From Myxococcota bacterium (GTDB taxonomy: Bacteria > Myxococcota > XYA12-FULL-58-9 > JABJBS01): a stretch of 64,000 nucleotides of DNA. Below the pieces are notes generated by a model. The model was not told the DNA's origin. It saw nothing but the letters and a program-made list of their open reading frames with translations, and ran no database searches. Made by a program: the position numbers and the translations under genes. Of this stretch, positions 10,145 through 18,623 are shown piece by piece; within the stretch, counting starts at the first letter, position 1; every line of letters begins with the position of its first letter. The DNA lies in the NCBI GenBank assembly GCA_036339465.1, contig JAYZAY010000061.1:16489-80488 (forward strand). The letters run 5' to 3'.

Positions 10145-10444
10145 TCAACCATCGCCATCTTTACGATATGCTAACGCCCCGTTCTCCTCGACTAAATCAA
10201 CTATCGCCATAACAGTCGCATCCACTGGACGATTCTCTGTCACTTTCGTTTGACGTGCTGAACTTCCAGAGGCATACATAACAACGTCCCCTAGACCAGA
10301 ACCCACCGCATCAACCGCAACCACATACTTTCCAGTACCGGTCCCATTCGGCGACACCGCTTCAGCCAAAAGAAACTTGAGCCCTTCCAACTCCTCTTCC
10401 TTTTGACTCGCCACGACAGTTCCAACGACTCGAGCTAATAGCAA
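10145..10444 (-). CDS. BMC pentamer (vertex) protein, EutN/CcmL family (BMC-P)
   Basis: [15 protein letters not shown]...[14 protein letters not shown]...GSSAR...[11 protein letters not shown], a typical Pfam03319-type pattern. Confidence 0.95.
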   Translation of the reverse strand: MLLARVVGTVVASQKEEELEGLKFLLAEAVSPNGTGTGKYVVAVDAVGSGLGDVVMYASGSSARQTKVTENRPVDATVMAIVDLVEENGALAYRKDGDG

Positions 10445-10447
10445 GGA

Positions 10448-10741
10448 TTACTCTCCCGCGTTTGTATTACGCCCTAAGGGCAAAACACCGTCGATATTTT
10501 CATGGGGACGTGGAATGACATGAATGCTAATGAGCTCTCCAACCCGTTCAGCAGCCCGCCCACCTGCATCCGTTGCCGCTTTTACAGCCGCAACATCGCC
10601 ACGAACAATAGCAGTCACAAAACCACCACCGATCTTCTCATAGCCAACCAGCTCTACCCGAGCTGCCTTTACCATTGCGTCGGAAGCTTCCACCATTCCG
10701 ACAAAACCACGTGTTTCAATCATCCCTAATGCATCAGCCAT
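10448..10741 (-). CDS. BMC hexamer shell protein (BMC-H, EutM/PduA/CcmK family)
   Basis: [24 protein letters not shown]...[10 protein letters not shown]...HVIPRPH; single BMC domain. Confidence 0.97.
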   Translation of the reverse strand: MADALGMIETRGFVGMVEASDAMVKAARVELVGYEKIGGGFVTAIVRGDVAAVKAATDAGGRAAERVGELISIHVIPRPHENIDGVLPLGRNTNAGE

Positions 10742-10786
10742 CACAAAACCTCTCTATATAGCAGTCTTAATTCGACACAACTCAAA

Positions 10787-11416
10787 CTATCTTTTTGGTA
10801 ACGGTTGCCCAGTGATCGAATTCAATGCGGAATTTGCTGCCTCCGCAGCCGCATCAATCTCCGCTTCAGCCCCCCCCATATACAAGCGACCAAATGCCCC
10901 AAAACTTTGACATTCCAACAACCGAACATTCGCAGCTTTTTCGGCCTCATTCGCAGCCAAAGAGATATAGGCTGCAGGTTCCGATTCAATGATCAATAAC
11001 GACTCACCTGGTGTAATCATCGATCCATATCGAATCTTGTTTACACACTGAGCATGGTCGGGTTCGATCGACCTGATGATCTCGTTTGTCACAATCCTTG
11101 GCTGCAATCGGTCCTGCTCCTTGTACCCTAATGCATCAAGGATAGCCTCACCAGCAGCCAACACCTCACCTTTATCGTGACTGTGAAGCATCACCATCCC
11201 AAATGCTCGCTCCACAACGATAGTAGCGGGGTGAACTTGAGTCCCCTTTAATGCTCGGTCAAGAAGCTTATGGATGGCCATACCTGGCGCAATTTCGATA
11301 TAAAGAGCCGCCTCGTAAGGAACGGGCCAAAATCCACGACACGTCGAACAGACGTGAGCCGTTAGCTGAGGTTGAAGAGAATCAAGGAAAACATATGTTC
11401 TCAGAGATACACCCAT
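10787..11416 (-). CDS. BMC tandem-domain trimer shell protein (BMC-T, permuted double-stacking CsoS1D/CcmP-like type)
   Basis: LRTYVFLDSLQPQL, EIAPGMAI, VVERAFG, AANEAEKAANV and GAFGRLYM motifs, characteristic of permuted tandem BMC proteins. Confidence 0.93.
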   Translation of the reverse strand: MGVSLRTYVFLDSLQPQLTAHVCSTCRGFWPVPYEAALYIEIAPGMAIHKLLDRALKGTQVHPATIVVERAFGMVMLHSHDKGEVLAAGEAILDALGYKEQDRLQPRIVTNEIIRSIEPDHAQCVNKIRYGSMITPGESLLIIESEPAAYISLAANEAEKAANVRLLECQSFGAFGRLYMGGAEAEIDAAAEAANSALNSITGQPLPKR

Positions 11417-11638
11417 TCTTATTTCCTATTACTAATTGTCCGTTACTTGCTGCCCGATTCGCAATAACAGGGACCAGGTGGCCGGCGTATAACGCAGGCC
11501 ATAGCCAACTACAACCCGTTACGGGGTAATATTTAGCGAAAAGCCCCCGGTTGATTACATTCGGAAAACACACCATTGCCTAACAATATTGTGTGTCGTA
11601 CAAGCCTCTTAGACTGAAAGACTGGGGGGGAATTAATA

Positions 11639-12457
11639 ATGCAAAAACTGTGTATCGTTTGGCTATCACTTGTTCTTTCCGTGGCGATGGGCGGCTGTGC
11701 AACAAGCCAAGTCGCGCAAAAAGCACCTGGGGATTCCATTCAAGTCAAGATTGAACCACAAGTTAAGGCCACCTATGAAAAATTGGTATTCTCAATTTCG
11801 TACTATGCCTCCGCTAAGGTCTTGAAACCATCAACCCTAACAACGGTAACCCTCACGTTCAACGAGGGGACAGAGAACGAATTTAGTACGAACTTAGCCG
11901 TCAACAAAATAATCCCCAGTCAGGACACTCTAAAAGGTCTACTCAACGTTGAACGCTTGATTACACCCATTAGTTTCGAGCTACTTGAAAACGACGGCGT
12001 TAGGCGGTTCACCGTTAATGCCGTGTTTAGTTTTGAAACCAATGGACAGACCACTACTTACAGTACCGCCGGTTACGGCGAGTACCTGCAACCTGTTCGA
12101 CCTAGAATCACCGCCACCGCTAGTGCCGCCAGATTCGAAGGTAAATCGTACGAGTTGACAATCACGATTAATTTAGAGAATCCAAATCCCTTTCCCCTAC
12201 AAATGGGCTCGTTGGACTATAAACTCGTTCTTGGAGACGCCGAGCTTCAGACCGGGAAATTATACGAAAACCTGAAGGTTTCGCCAGGCAGCATAGAAAA
12301 GTTTGACCTAAATGAATCAATCAGCGCAGCCAGCCACGCGGAACTCTTAAGAACCTTGTCGGGCCAAAACAGCGTTCCATATCTAGTTCAAGCCATCATT
12401 AACATTGGCTCATCCAGTTATCCCGCGGACATTAACGGAACCATGGATTTCAAATAA
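11639..12457 (+). CDS. Lipoprotein with LEA_2/WHy-like domain
   Basis: Signal peptide ending in a lipobox (AMGG-C); C-terminal half has the LxNPNPFPL..LDYKL LEA_2 signature. Confidence 0.75.
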   Translation: MQKLCIVWLSLVLSVAMGGCATSQVAQKAPGDSIQVKIEPQVKATYEKLVFSISYYASAKVLKPSTLTTVTLTFNEGTENEFSTNLAVNKIIPSQDTLKGLLNVERLITPISFELLENDGVRRFTVNAVFSFETNGQTTTYSTAGYGEYLQPVRPRITATASAARFEGKSYELTITINLENPNPFPLQMGSLDYKLVLGDAELQTGKLYENLKVSPGSIEKFDLNESISAASHAELLRTLSGQNSVPYLVQAIINIGSSSYPADINGTMDFK

Positions 12458-12472
12458 AGCTCCGTGGCGGTA

Positions 12473-12670
12473 TTAAGGTCCGTCAATACTCGCCGGCTCG
12501 AAGAAGTCCGTAGAGCTTGGCATTTTCTTCAAGTCCGGTAACGCAACCTTCCACGCCCTCTGAATCAGCCAACTCAACGACCGATCTAGTCTGCGCGCTT
12601 CCTCTTGTAGTTCACTCAGCATCTCATGTGGAAAATAAAGAGCCTGGCGACAGGATTTTTCACCAGTCAC
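12473..12670 (-). CDS. Small MXAN_4361/MXAN_4362-like protein (TIGR04563-type, ribbon-helix-helix-like)
   Basis: RQALYFPHEMLSELQEEARRLDRSLSWLIQRAWKVA; paralog of the adjacent gene, with a 4-bp start/stop overlap. Confidence 0.85.
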   Translation of the reverse strand: MTGEKSCRQALYFPHEMLSELQEEARRLDRSLSWLIQRAWKVALPDLKKMPSSTDFFEPASIDGP

Positions 12671-12873
12671 CCTACGCTCCTATTTTCACTGCTGGCTTCT
12701 TCAGGCTCCCCAACGTCATTCACCGACGGAAAACGCTTTATCTCAGAACGTGCAACCTTCCATGCTTGCTGCACAATCCAGGATAACGATCTATCCTGTC
12801 GGTTTGCTTCTACCTGGATTTCTTTCAACATTGACTCGGGAAAATACAAGCTTTGCTTCCGCTTATCACTCAT
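12667..12873 (-). CDS. Small MXAN_4361/MXAN_4362-like protein (TIGR04563-type, ribbon-helix-helix-like)
   Basis: MSDKRKQSLYFPESMLKEIQVEANRQDRSLSWIVQQAWKVAR; start placed at ATG 12873. Confidence 0.88.
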   Translation of the reverse strand: MSDKRKQSLYFPESMLKEIQVEANRQDRSLSWIVQQAWKVARSEIKRFPSVNDVGEPEEASSENRSVG

Positions 12874-13184
12874 TTTATGCTGCTCCATCACTCGTAAATA
12901 CAATACATCACCTACAGGGAAGTCTAGAAAACCTGGGAGTTCCCGTCAATCTTTGATGTCGTTACAATTGATTAAGGATCATATTGAGCACGCCAATGAA
13001 ACCGACCAAAAGCACCGCAATCAAGATTCGCCTTACTCGTAGAACACAAAAAATTCGGATTATAGGGGCTCGATTGGGCCCAGTTTCGACGCGAAATTAG
13101 ATATTTAAGAACATTTTTGTTACTCTGACACAATCACATACTCGTCACAATATTCTGGCTGTTCAGATAAACCAACCCATAGGC

Positions 13185-15524
13185 CTAGCCTAGGAGGTCC
13201 GCGAAAGGGTTATTTCGAAAACCTTGTTTCTTCGCAGGGAGCCTGTCTTTCTTCCTGGGTGAGGTAGTTTTTCTCTTTCCTTTACTGGTTCCATCTTTGA
13301 CCCTAGCCCCAGAAGAAACAGGTGCGCTGGAATCGCCCTTCTGAGAGCCATCTTCAGGTTGCAGCCTAGCACTCAATGAAATCCGACACCGTTCGACATC
13401 TACGTCCAATACCCTAACCTCAATTAACTGACCGGTATGGACGACATCAACAGGATTCTTGACAAATCGCTCCGCTAGCTGAGAAATATGAACCAAGCCA
13501 TCTTGATGAACGCCCACATCCACAAAAGCACCAAAGGCGGTAACATTCGTAACTACCCCATTTAAGATCATTCCAACCTTGAGGTCATTAAGCGCACTGA
13601 CCTCTTCCTTGTATTCTACAAACTGGAAATTGTCCCGAGGATCACGTCCTGGTTTTAACAATTCGTCAGTGATATCGTTAAACGTCGCCACCCCCAAATC
13701 ATCCGAGAGATACCCCTTGGGATCCAGATTCTGAATAATATCCTTGTTTCCGATAAAATCTTCTAGGGCCAATCCTTGTCCTTGCGCAAGTGCTTCCACA
13801 AAACAATAACGTTCCGGGTGAACACCTGAATTGTCGAGTGGATTGGTCGCTCCCGGGATTCTTACGAATCCCGCAGCTTGCTCGAAAACCTTATGACCGA
13901 CTCCCGGTACCGCCTTTAATTCCTCTCGACTACTAAACTTTCCAACCTCGTCTCGGTATTCGCAAATCTTCTGAGCAAGTTTGGGTCCAATCCCTGAAAC
14001 GTAGGACAAAAGCGAAGTACTCGCAGTATTAATTGAAACGCCCACATAGTTGACACAACTCTCAACAACTTCACCGAGCTTGCGAGCTAACAATGGCTGG
14101 TAAACATCATGCTGGTATTGTCCTACGCCTATGCTTTTCGGCTCCAGCTTAACCAGTTCGGCCAGAGGATCCTGTACCCGTCGTCCGATTGAAATAGCAC
14201 CACGCAACGTAAGATCAAGGTCGGGAAATTCCATTCTCGCAATCTCTGAGGCTGAATAAATACTCGCCCCAGACTCGCTAACCATCATCATCTTGGGCTG
14301 CTTACCGCGTTCCTTGAAAACTTGTCGAACAAAGGAGAGTACTTCTCGTCCCCCCGTACCATTGCCAATTGCGATAAGATCGATGACATGCCCATCTAAG
14401 AACTCAGAGAATACTGCCTGGGCTTTAGCCTGAGCATCCTGCGTGTGAATATAGAGCGTGAAATTCTCCAGGAAAGTACCTGTCTCCGAGAGCAAAACAC
14501 ACTTACAGCCGGTTCGAATTCCGGGATCAATAGCCAAAACCGGTTTCGCCCCAAGTGGAGGTGCAAGTAGAAGTTCACGTAGATTCTTCGCAAAAATATC
14601 CACAGCCTCCCGGTCTGATCGCATCTTTATCTCGGCCCTAATATCGGTTTCAATACTCGGTAGACATAATCGTAACAAGGAATCTTTGAGCGCAGAAATC
14701 AATATATCGTAAAAAGGCTTGGCTGCATCCCAGACGAGACAGTCTAGCGCCAGGCTAAATAGTCGATCCATGTCAAGTTCGAATGAAAGAGAGAGAATCC
14801 CCTCCTTTTCCCCACGTCGAATAGCCAAATAACGGTGTGAAGGAATCTTCTTCAGTGGCTCGGAATGCGCGTAATACTGTTCGAATTTCGTTCGTTTATT
14901 CAGAATTTCATCGGAACTATTAACCGACGACAGAACGGACTCATTCATAAAAAATTCACGGGCCGATTGCCTTATAAGCGCATTTTCGGAACAGACCTCC
15001 GCAATAATATTCTTAGCTCCCACCACTGCTTCATCGACTGAACCAACTCCCTTACCACAATCAACAAACTCACTCGCAATAACCTCGGCACCACGCGGAT
15101 CACTTTGGTTCATGAAGATGCTGGCTAGAGGCTCCAACCCTTTCTCTCTGGCAATAACAGCTTTTGTACGGCGTTTCGGCTTGTAGGGTAAATATAGATC
15201 CTCTAATTGCGATTTCGTCTGAGCTTGCAGGATGTCGTTCTTCAACTTCTCAGAAAGTTTGCCCTGCTTATCAATAGAAGAAACAATCGCATGCCTTCGC
15301 TCTCGCAGAGCCTCTAGGTATTGGCGTCTTTCAGCTATCTTTCCAACTTCGACTTCTGAAAGATTTCCCGTCCGTTCTTTCCTATAGCGCGCTATGAAAG
15401 GTATCGTTGCCCCTTCCTTAAGCAGAGCAACGACAGATTCCACCTGCTTCATTGAAAGTTTTTCTTCGACGGAAATTCGCTCATTGGTGGAAGCATCTAT
15501 CCTATTTTCAGTCGTATCTATCAT
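13185..15524 (-). CDS. tex: Tex family RNA-binding transcriptional accessory protein (YqgF-like, HhH and S1 domains)
   Basis: EGATIPFIARYRKERTG, LEDLYLPYKPKR, IDPGIRTGCK, SIGVGQYQHDV, and S1 domain NVTAFGAFVDVGVHQDGLVHISQL. Confidence 0.95.
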   Translation of the reverse strand: MIDTTENRIDASTNERISVEEKLSMKQVESVVALLKEGATIPFIARYRKERTGNLSEVEVGKIAERRQYLEALRERRHAIVSSIDKQGKLSEKLKNDILQAQTKSQLEDLYLPYKPKRRTKAVIAREKGLEPLASIFMNQSDPRGAEVIASEFVDCGKGVGSVDEAVVGAKNIIAEVCSENALIRQSAREFFMNESVLSSVNSSDEILNKRTKFEQYYAHSEPLKKIPSHRYLAIRRGEKEGILSLSFELDMDRLFSLALDCLVWDAAKPFYDILISALKDSLLRLCLPSIETDIRAEIKMRSDREAVDIFAKNLRELLLAPPLGAKPVLAIDPGIRTGCKCVLLSETGTFLENFTLYIHTQDAQAKAQAVFSEFLDGHVIDLIAIGNGTGGREVLSFVRQVFKERGKQPKMMMVSESGASIYSASEIARMEFPDLDLTLRGAISIGRRVQDPLAELVKLEPKSIGVGQYQHDVYQPLLARKLGEVVESCVNYVGVSINTASTSLLSYVSGIGPKLAQKICEYRDEVGKFSSREELKAVPGVGHKVFEQAAGFVRIPGATNPLDNSGVHPERYCFVEALAQGQGLALEDFIGNKDIIQNLDPKGYLSDDLGVATFNDITDELLKPGRDPRDNFQFVEYKEEVSALNDLKVGMILNGVVTNVTAFGAFVDVGVHQDGLVHISQLAERFVKNPVDVVHTGQLIEVRVLDVDVERCRISLSARLQPEDGSQKGDSSAPVSSGARVKDGTSKGKRKTTSPRKKDRLPAKKQGFRNNPFADLLG

Positions 15525-15527
15525 CCT

Positions 15528-16907
15528 TTATTCTCCAATTTTCCTGTAAATCGTACGCAGTCCCATCTTCAATAGCGTCGCGGTCAACCGCTTATCACCG
15601 TCAGTTTTACTTAACGTGTAATGAATAACCCTTTGTTCGACATCCTCCATAGGAATCCCAAACGGGATCCACACACCCTCACCTTGAGGCTCGCCACAAT
15701 TGTCACCTTCCGATTGTCGGAGCGAAGGCGGCAAATCCATAAATTCGATAATATTGCCCCTCGCCAACACCACAGCCCTTTCAATAACATTTTCTAATTC
15801 TCTGACGTTCCCGGGCCAGGCGTAATTGTCCAGAGTTTTCATCGCATCGTCTGTATAACCTTCAATACTCTTGTTGTTTTTCGCACAAAACTTAGTCAAA
15901 AAATGTTGTGCAAGAATCGCCACATCTCCCACTCGATCGCATAACGATGGAAGTTCCAATTGAATAACGTTTAGACGGTAATAAAGGTCCTCTCGAAATA
16001 GGCCTACCTTGACCATCTCATCAAGGTTCCTATTGGTGGCAGCCACAATCCTCGCATCAACCGGAATGATCTTGTCCCCCCCCAACCGCTCAATTTCCTG
16101 TTCTTGAAGTGCCCTCAATAGCCGCGCCTGTAACGGCAGGGCCAATTCAGTTATCTCATCCAAGAATAACGTCCCCCTGTTGGCCCGTTCAAAGCGACCT
16201 TCTCTCCGACTTGTCGCTCCAGTAAAAGCCCCTTTCTCGTGCCCAAAAAGCTCACTCTCGAGTAGGGTTTCCGGTAAAGCAGCGCAGTTGATAGCAACGA
16301 AAGGGCCGGCCGCCCTTTCCGATGAATCGTGAATCTGTTGCGCACAAAGTTCTTTGCCGGTTCCACTTTGACCTGTAATCAAAATAGTCGCGTCTGACGG
16401 GGCCGCCTGTTCAATTGTTTCCAAAACGTGTCGGATGGGGTTCGATTGTCCAACAATCCGCGTATGACCAAAAGCCTGTGTCTCTCGCCTAAGCCGCAGA
16501 TTTTCGAGTAACAGTGTACGTCTCTCTAGCGTCCGCAAGACAGACCGAACTACGATGGCCCTTTTAAGAGGCTTTGTAATAAAATCGTAGGCTCCAGCTT
16601 TCATACATTCGACGGCATTGTCGACCGTACCAAAGGCTGTCATAACAATAACTTCAATTGCTGGAGACAACGCCTTGACGGCTCGGATTAACTCGATGCC
16701 ATTCATCTTTGGCATCATAATATCCGTGAGTACGACACCAATAGATTCATCAGCTCTAATTAATTCAATCGCCGTTACTCCAGATGGCGTTGTCGTCACC
16801 CGGAAACCCTCTCGCTGAAAAATTTTCTCTAATGAAACCAGGATCCCTAGTTCATCGTCCACCACTAAAACGTGGGCTTGTTCCGTCATTGTCGTCTGCT
16901 CTTCCAT
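15528..16907 (-). CDS. Sigma54-dependent response regulator (NtrC family: REC, AAA+, Fis HTH)
   Basis: REC domain VLVVDDE...LTDIMMP; Walker A GQSGTGKE; ESELFGHEKGAFTGA; WPGNVRELEN; C-terminal HTH. Confidence 0.95.
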   Translation of the reverse strand: MEEQTTMTEQAHVLVVDDELGILVSLEKIFQREGFRVTTTPSGVTAIELIRADESIGVVLTDIMMPKMNGIELIRAVKALSPAIEVIVMTAFGTVDNAVECMKAGAYDFITKPLKRAIVVRSVLRTLERRTLLLENLRLRRETQAFGHTRIVGQSNPIRHVLETIEQAAPSDATILITGQSGTGKELCAQQIHDSSERAAGPFVAINCAALPETLLESELFGHEKGAFTGATSRREGRFERANRGTLFLDEITELALPLQARLLRALQEQEIERLGGDKIIPVDARIVAATNRNLDEMVKVGLFREDLYYRLNVIQLELPSLCDRVGDVAILAQHFLTKFCAKNNKSIEGYTDDAMKTLDNYAWPGNVRELENVIERAVVLARGNIIEFMDLPPSLRQSEGDNCGEPQGEGVWIPFGIPMEDVEQRVIHYTLSKTDGDKRLTATLLKMGLRTIYRKIGE

Positions 16908-16947
16908 AAACTATAAGAGGCTCAGAATACTAACTGAGACAGGTCAT

Positions 16948-18621
16948 ATGAAGTTTTTAACTCCTAGTGAAGCACCAAGCATCCTCAAAAAACATTTTCT
17001 CGCTCCTACTCTTCCACTCGTAATAGAATTAAATCACGAAGCTCGGCAAGGAGCGGAGCCACAAGTGATGGCTATCGCATCCACAAACGACGTCTTCGTC
17101 CTCGATTTTAGGGCCAATCGAGTACTTCTCAGGAACTTAATTTCACACTCCCGAATATTAGCGGCCTTTCGCGCAAAAGAACTACATAAGGCCCTAGCCC
17201 GTTTTTTGAAGGCGACCCCTGAACGCTGGGCCTGTATTGCACTGAGTCATCAGTTATTGACCGACACAACACCCGCCCCGACTACTTTGGTCACCGTGAC
17301 GAATCATTTTGGACTGCCCATTCCGCCCGACCCCTCTAAAGGATTCGAGGCTCTCGCGGCACAAGCCACTCTGGTTAGCCTGGTCTTATCTGCACAGATC
17401 CCAGCTATAAAAAAGCGATCCCTGACCATGGTATCGAGACTCGAAGCAGCAGCTATACCTAGCATCGCCAATATGGAGTTAGCTGGACTACCATTTAATG
17501 CCAAACAATGGGCTAGCGATATAGGCGTAATGCAAACAGCCCAATCCGATGACCTATCCAGACTTACGGGTCCACACAACTCTACCTTTCTCCGGGAAAT
17601 TCTCCACCAACCGACGTTAAAGCCGCTACTAAACTCAACCTTCCTACAAAAAAAGATTGCAGCCGTTGGGTACCAGGCCCGGACGCTGCGAATCACGGAC
17701 CTACGCGCCTTTCCCTCAGAAACAACTCATCTCCTCGCCGATATTCTAGAGAGAGCAAGACTACTTGCTTCCTACGGTGCTAAACTAATCAAACACACAT
17801 CTCCGGATTCTCGCGTTCGTACTACCTACGAACAAATTGGGGCATCCACCGGACGGGTATCGTCAACCGCTCCCAATCTTCAATCGATTCCGGCACACGT
17901 TGCCCTAAGAAATTGCTTTCACACTACGCCAGAAAGGTCTTTCGTCATCGCTGACTATTCTATGTGCGAACTCAGAATCCTCGCTGAATTATCCTGCGAC
18001 CACAACCTAAGAAATAGTTTCGAGATCGGTTCTGATCTACACGCCACTATCGCCAGTCAACTATGGGGTACCCACGTCACAAAAGACAGCAATCCACACC
18101 TCCGGCAACAGGCCAAAGTTATCAACTTCGGAATAGCCTACGGTATAACCGAACGTGGTCTCGCCCAACGGCTAGGAATCAGCGAACAAAAGGCCTCCGA
18201 ACTTATGTCCAACTACTTCAAGACCTTCCCTGCGGTCCGAGCGTACCTCGAATCAGCTCCGAAGATAGCCCGCCTTAAGGGCTACTGTGAAACTATCACC
18301 GGACGAAAGATGGCACTCGCTAAACTCAGTTATGACAACCCCCATTCGGTCAACCGCTATTGTCGTAACATGCCTATCCAGGGTACCAGCGCCGACATCA
18401 TCAAATCCGCCCTTTATAATACACAAAGCGCACTGAAAACATATCCATCAGCGATCCTCTGCCATTGCGTCCATGATGAGATTATCGTGGAATGCGATCG
18501 AGTCGACACTGATTCCGTATCGGCGTTAGTCAAAAAGGCGATGGAAGCTTCGGGAGAGAAAATTATGAAGGATGTTGAAATGGTCGCTGACGTTAAAGTT
18601 TCGTCAGTGTGGAGTAAATAG
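16948..18621 (+). CDS. Family A DNA polymerase, short (no 5'-3' nuclease; degenerate 3'-5' exonuclease-like domain)
   Basis: TGRVSSTAPNLQSIP; motif A ADYSMCELRILA; motif B RQQAKVINFGIAYG; NMPIQGTSADIIK; motif C VHDEIIVE; only 557 aa. Confidence 0.9.
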   Translation: MKFLTPSEAPSILKKHFLAPTLPLVIELNHEARQGAEPQVMAIASTNDVFVLDFRANRVLLRNLISHSRILAAFRAKELHKALARFLKATPERWACIALSHQLLTDTTPAPTTLVTVTNHFGLPIPPDPSKGFEALAAQATLVSLVLSAQIPAIKKRSLTMVSRLEAAAIPSIANMELAGLPFNAKQWASDIGVMQTAQSDDLSRLTGPHNSTFLREILHQPTLKPLLNSTFLQKKIAAVGYQARTLRITDLRAFPSETTHLLADILERARLLASYGAKLIKHTSPDSRVRTTYEQIGASTGRVSSTAPNLQSIPAHVALRNCFHTTPERSFVIADYSMCELRILAELSCDHNLRNSFEIGSDLHATIASQLWGTHVTKDSNPHLRQQAKVINFGIAYGITERGLAQRLGISEQKASELMSNYFKTFPAVRAYLESAPKIARLKGYCETITGRKMALAKLSYDNPHSVNRYCRNMPIQGTSADIIKSALYNTQSALKTYPSAILCHCVHDEIIVECDRVDTDSVSALVKKAMEASGEKIMKDVEMVADVKVSSVWSK

Positions 18622-18623
18622 CG

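Noticed and set aside
16948..18621. Prophage or mobile origin of the short DNA polymerase
   Set aside because: No integrase, primase/helicase, structural genes, att-like repeats or obvious compositional break; the flanks are core genes.
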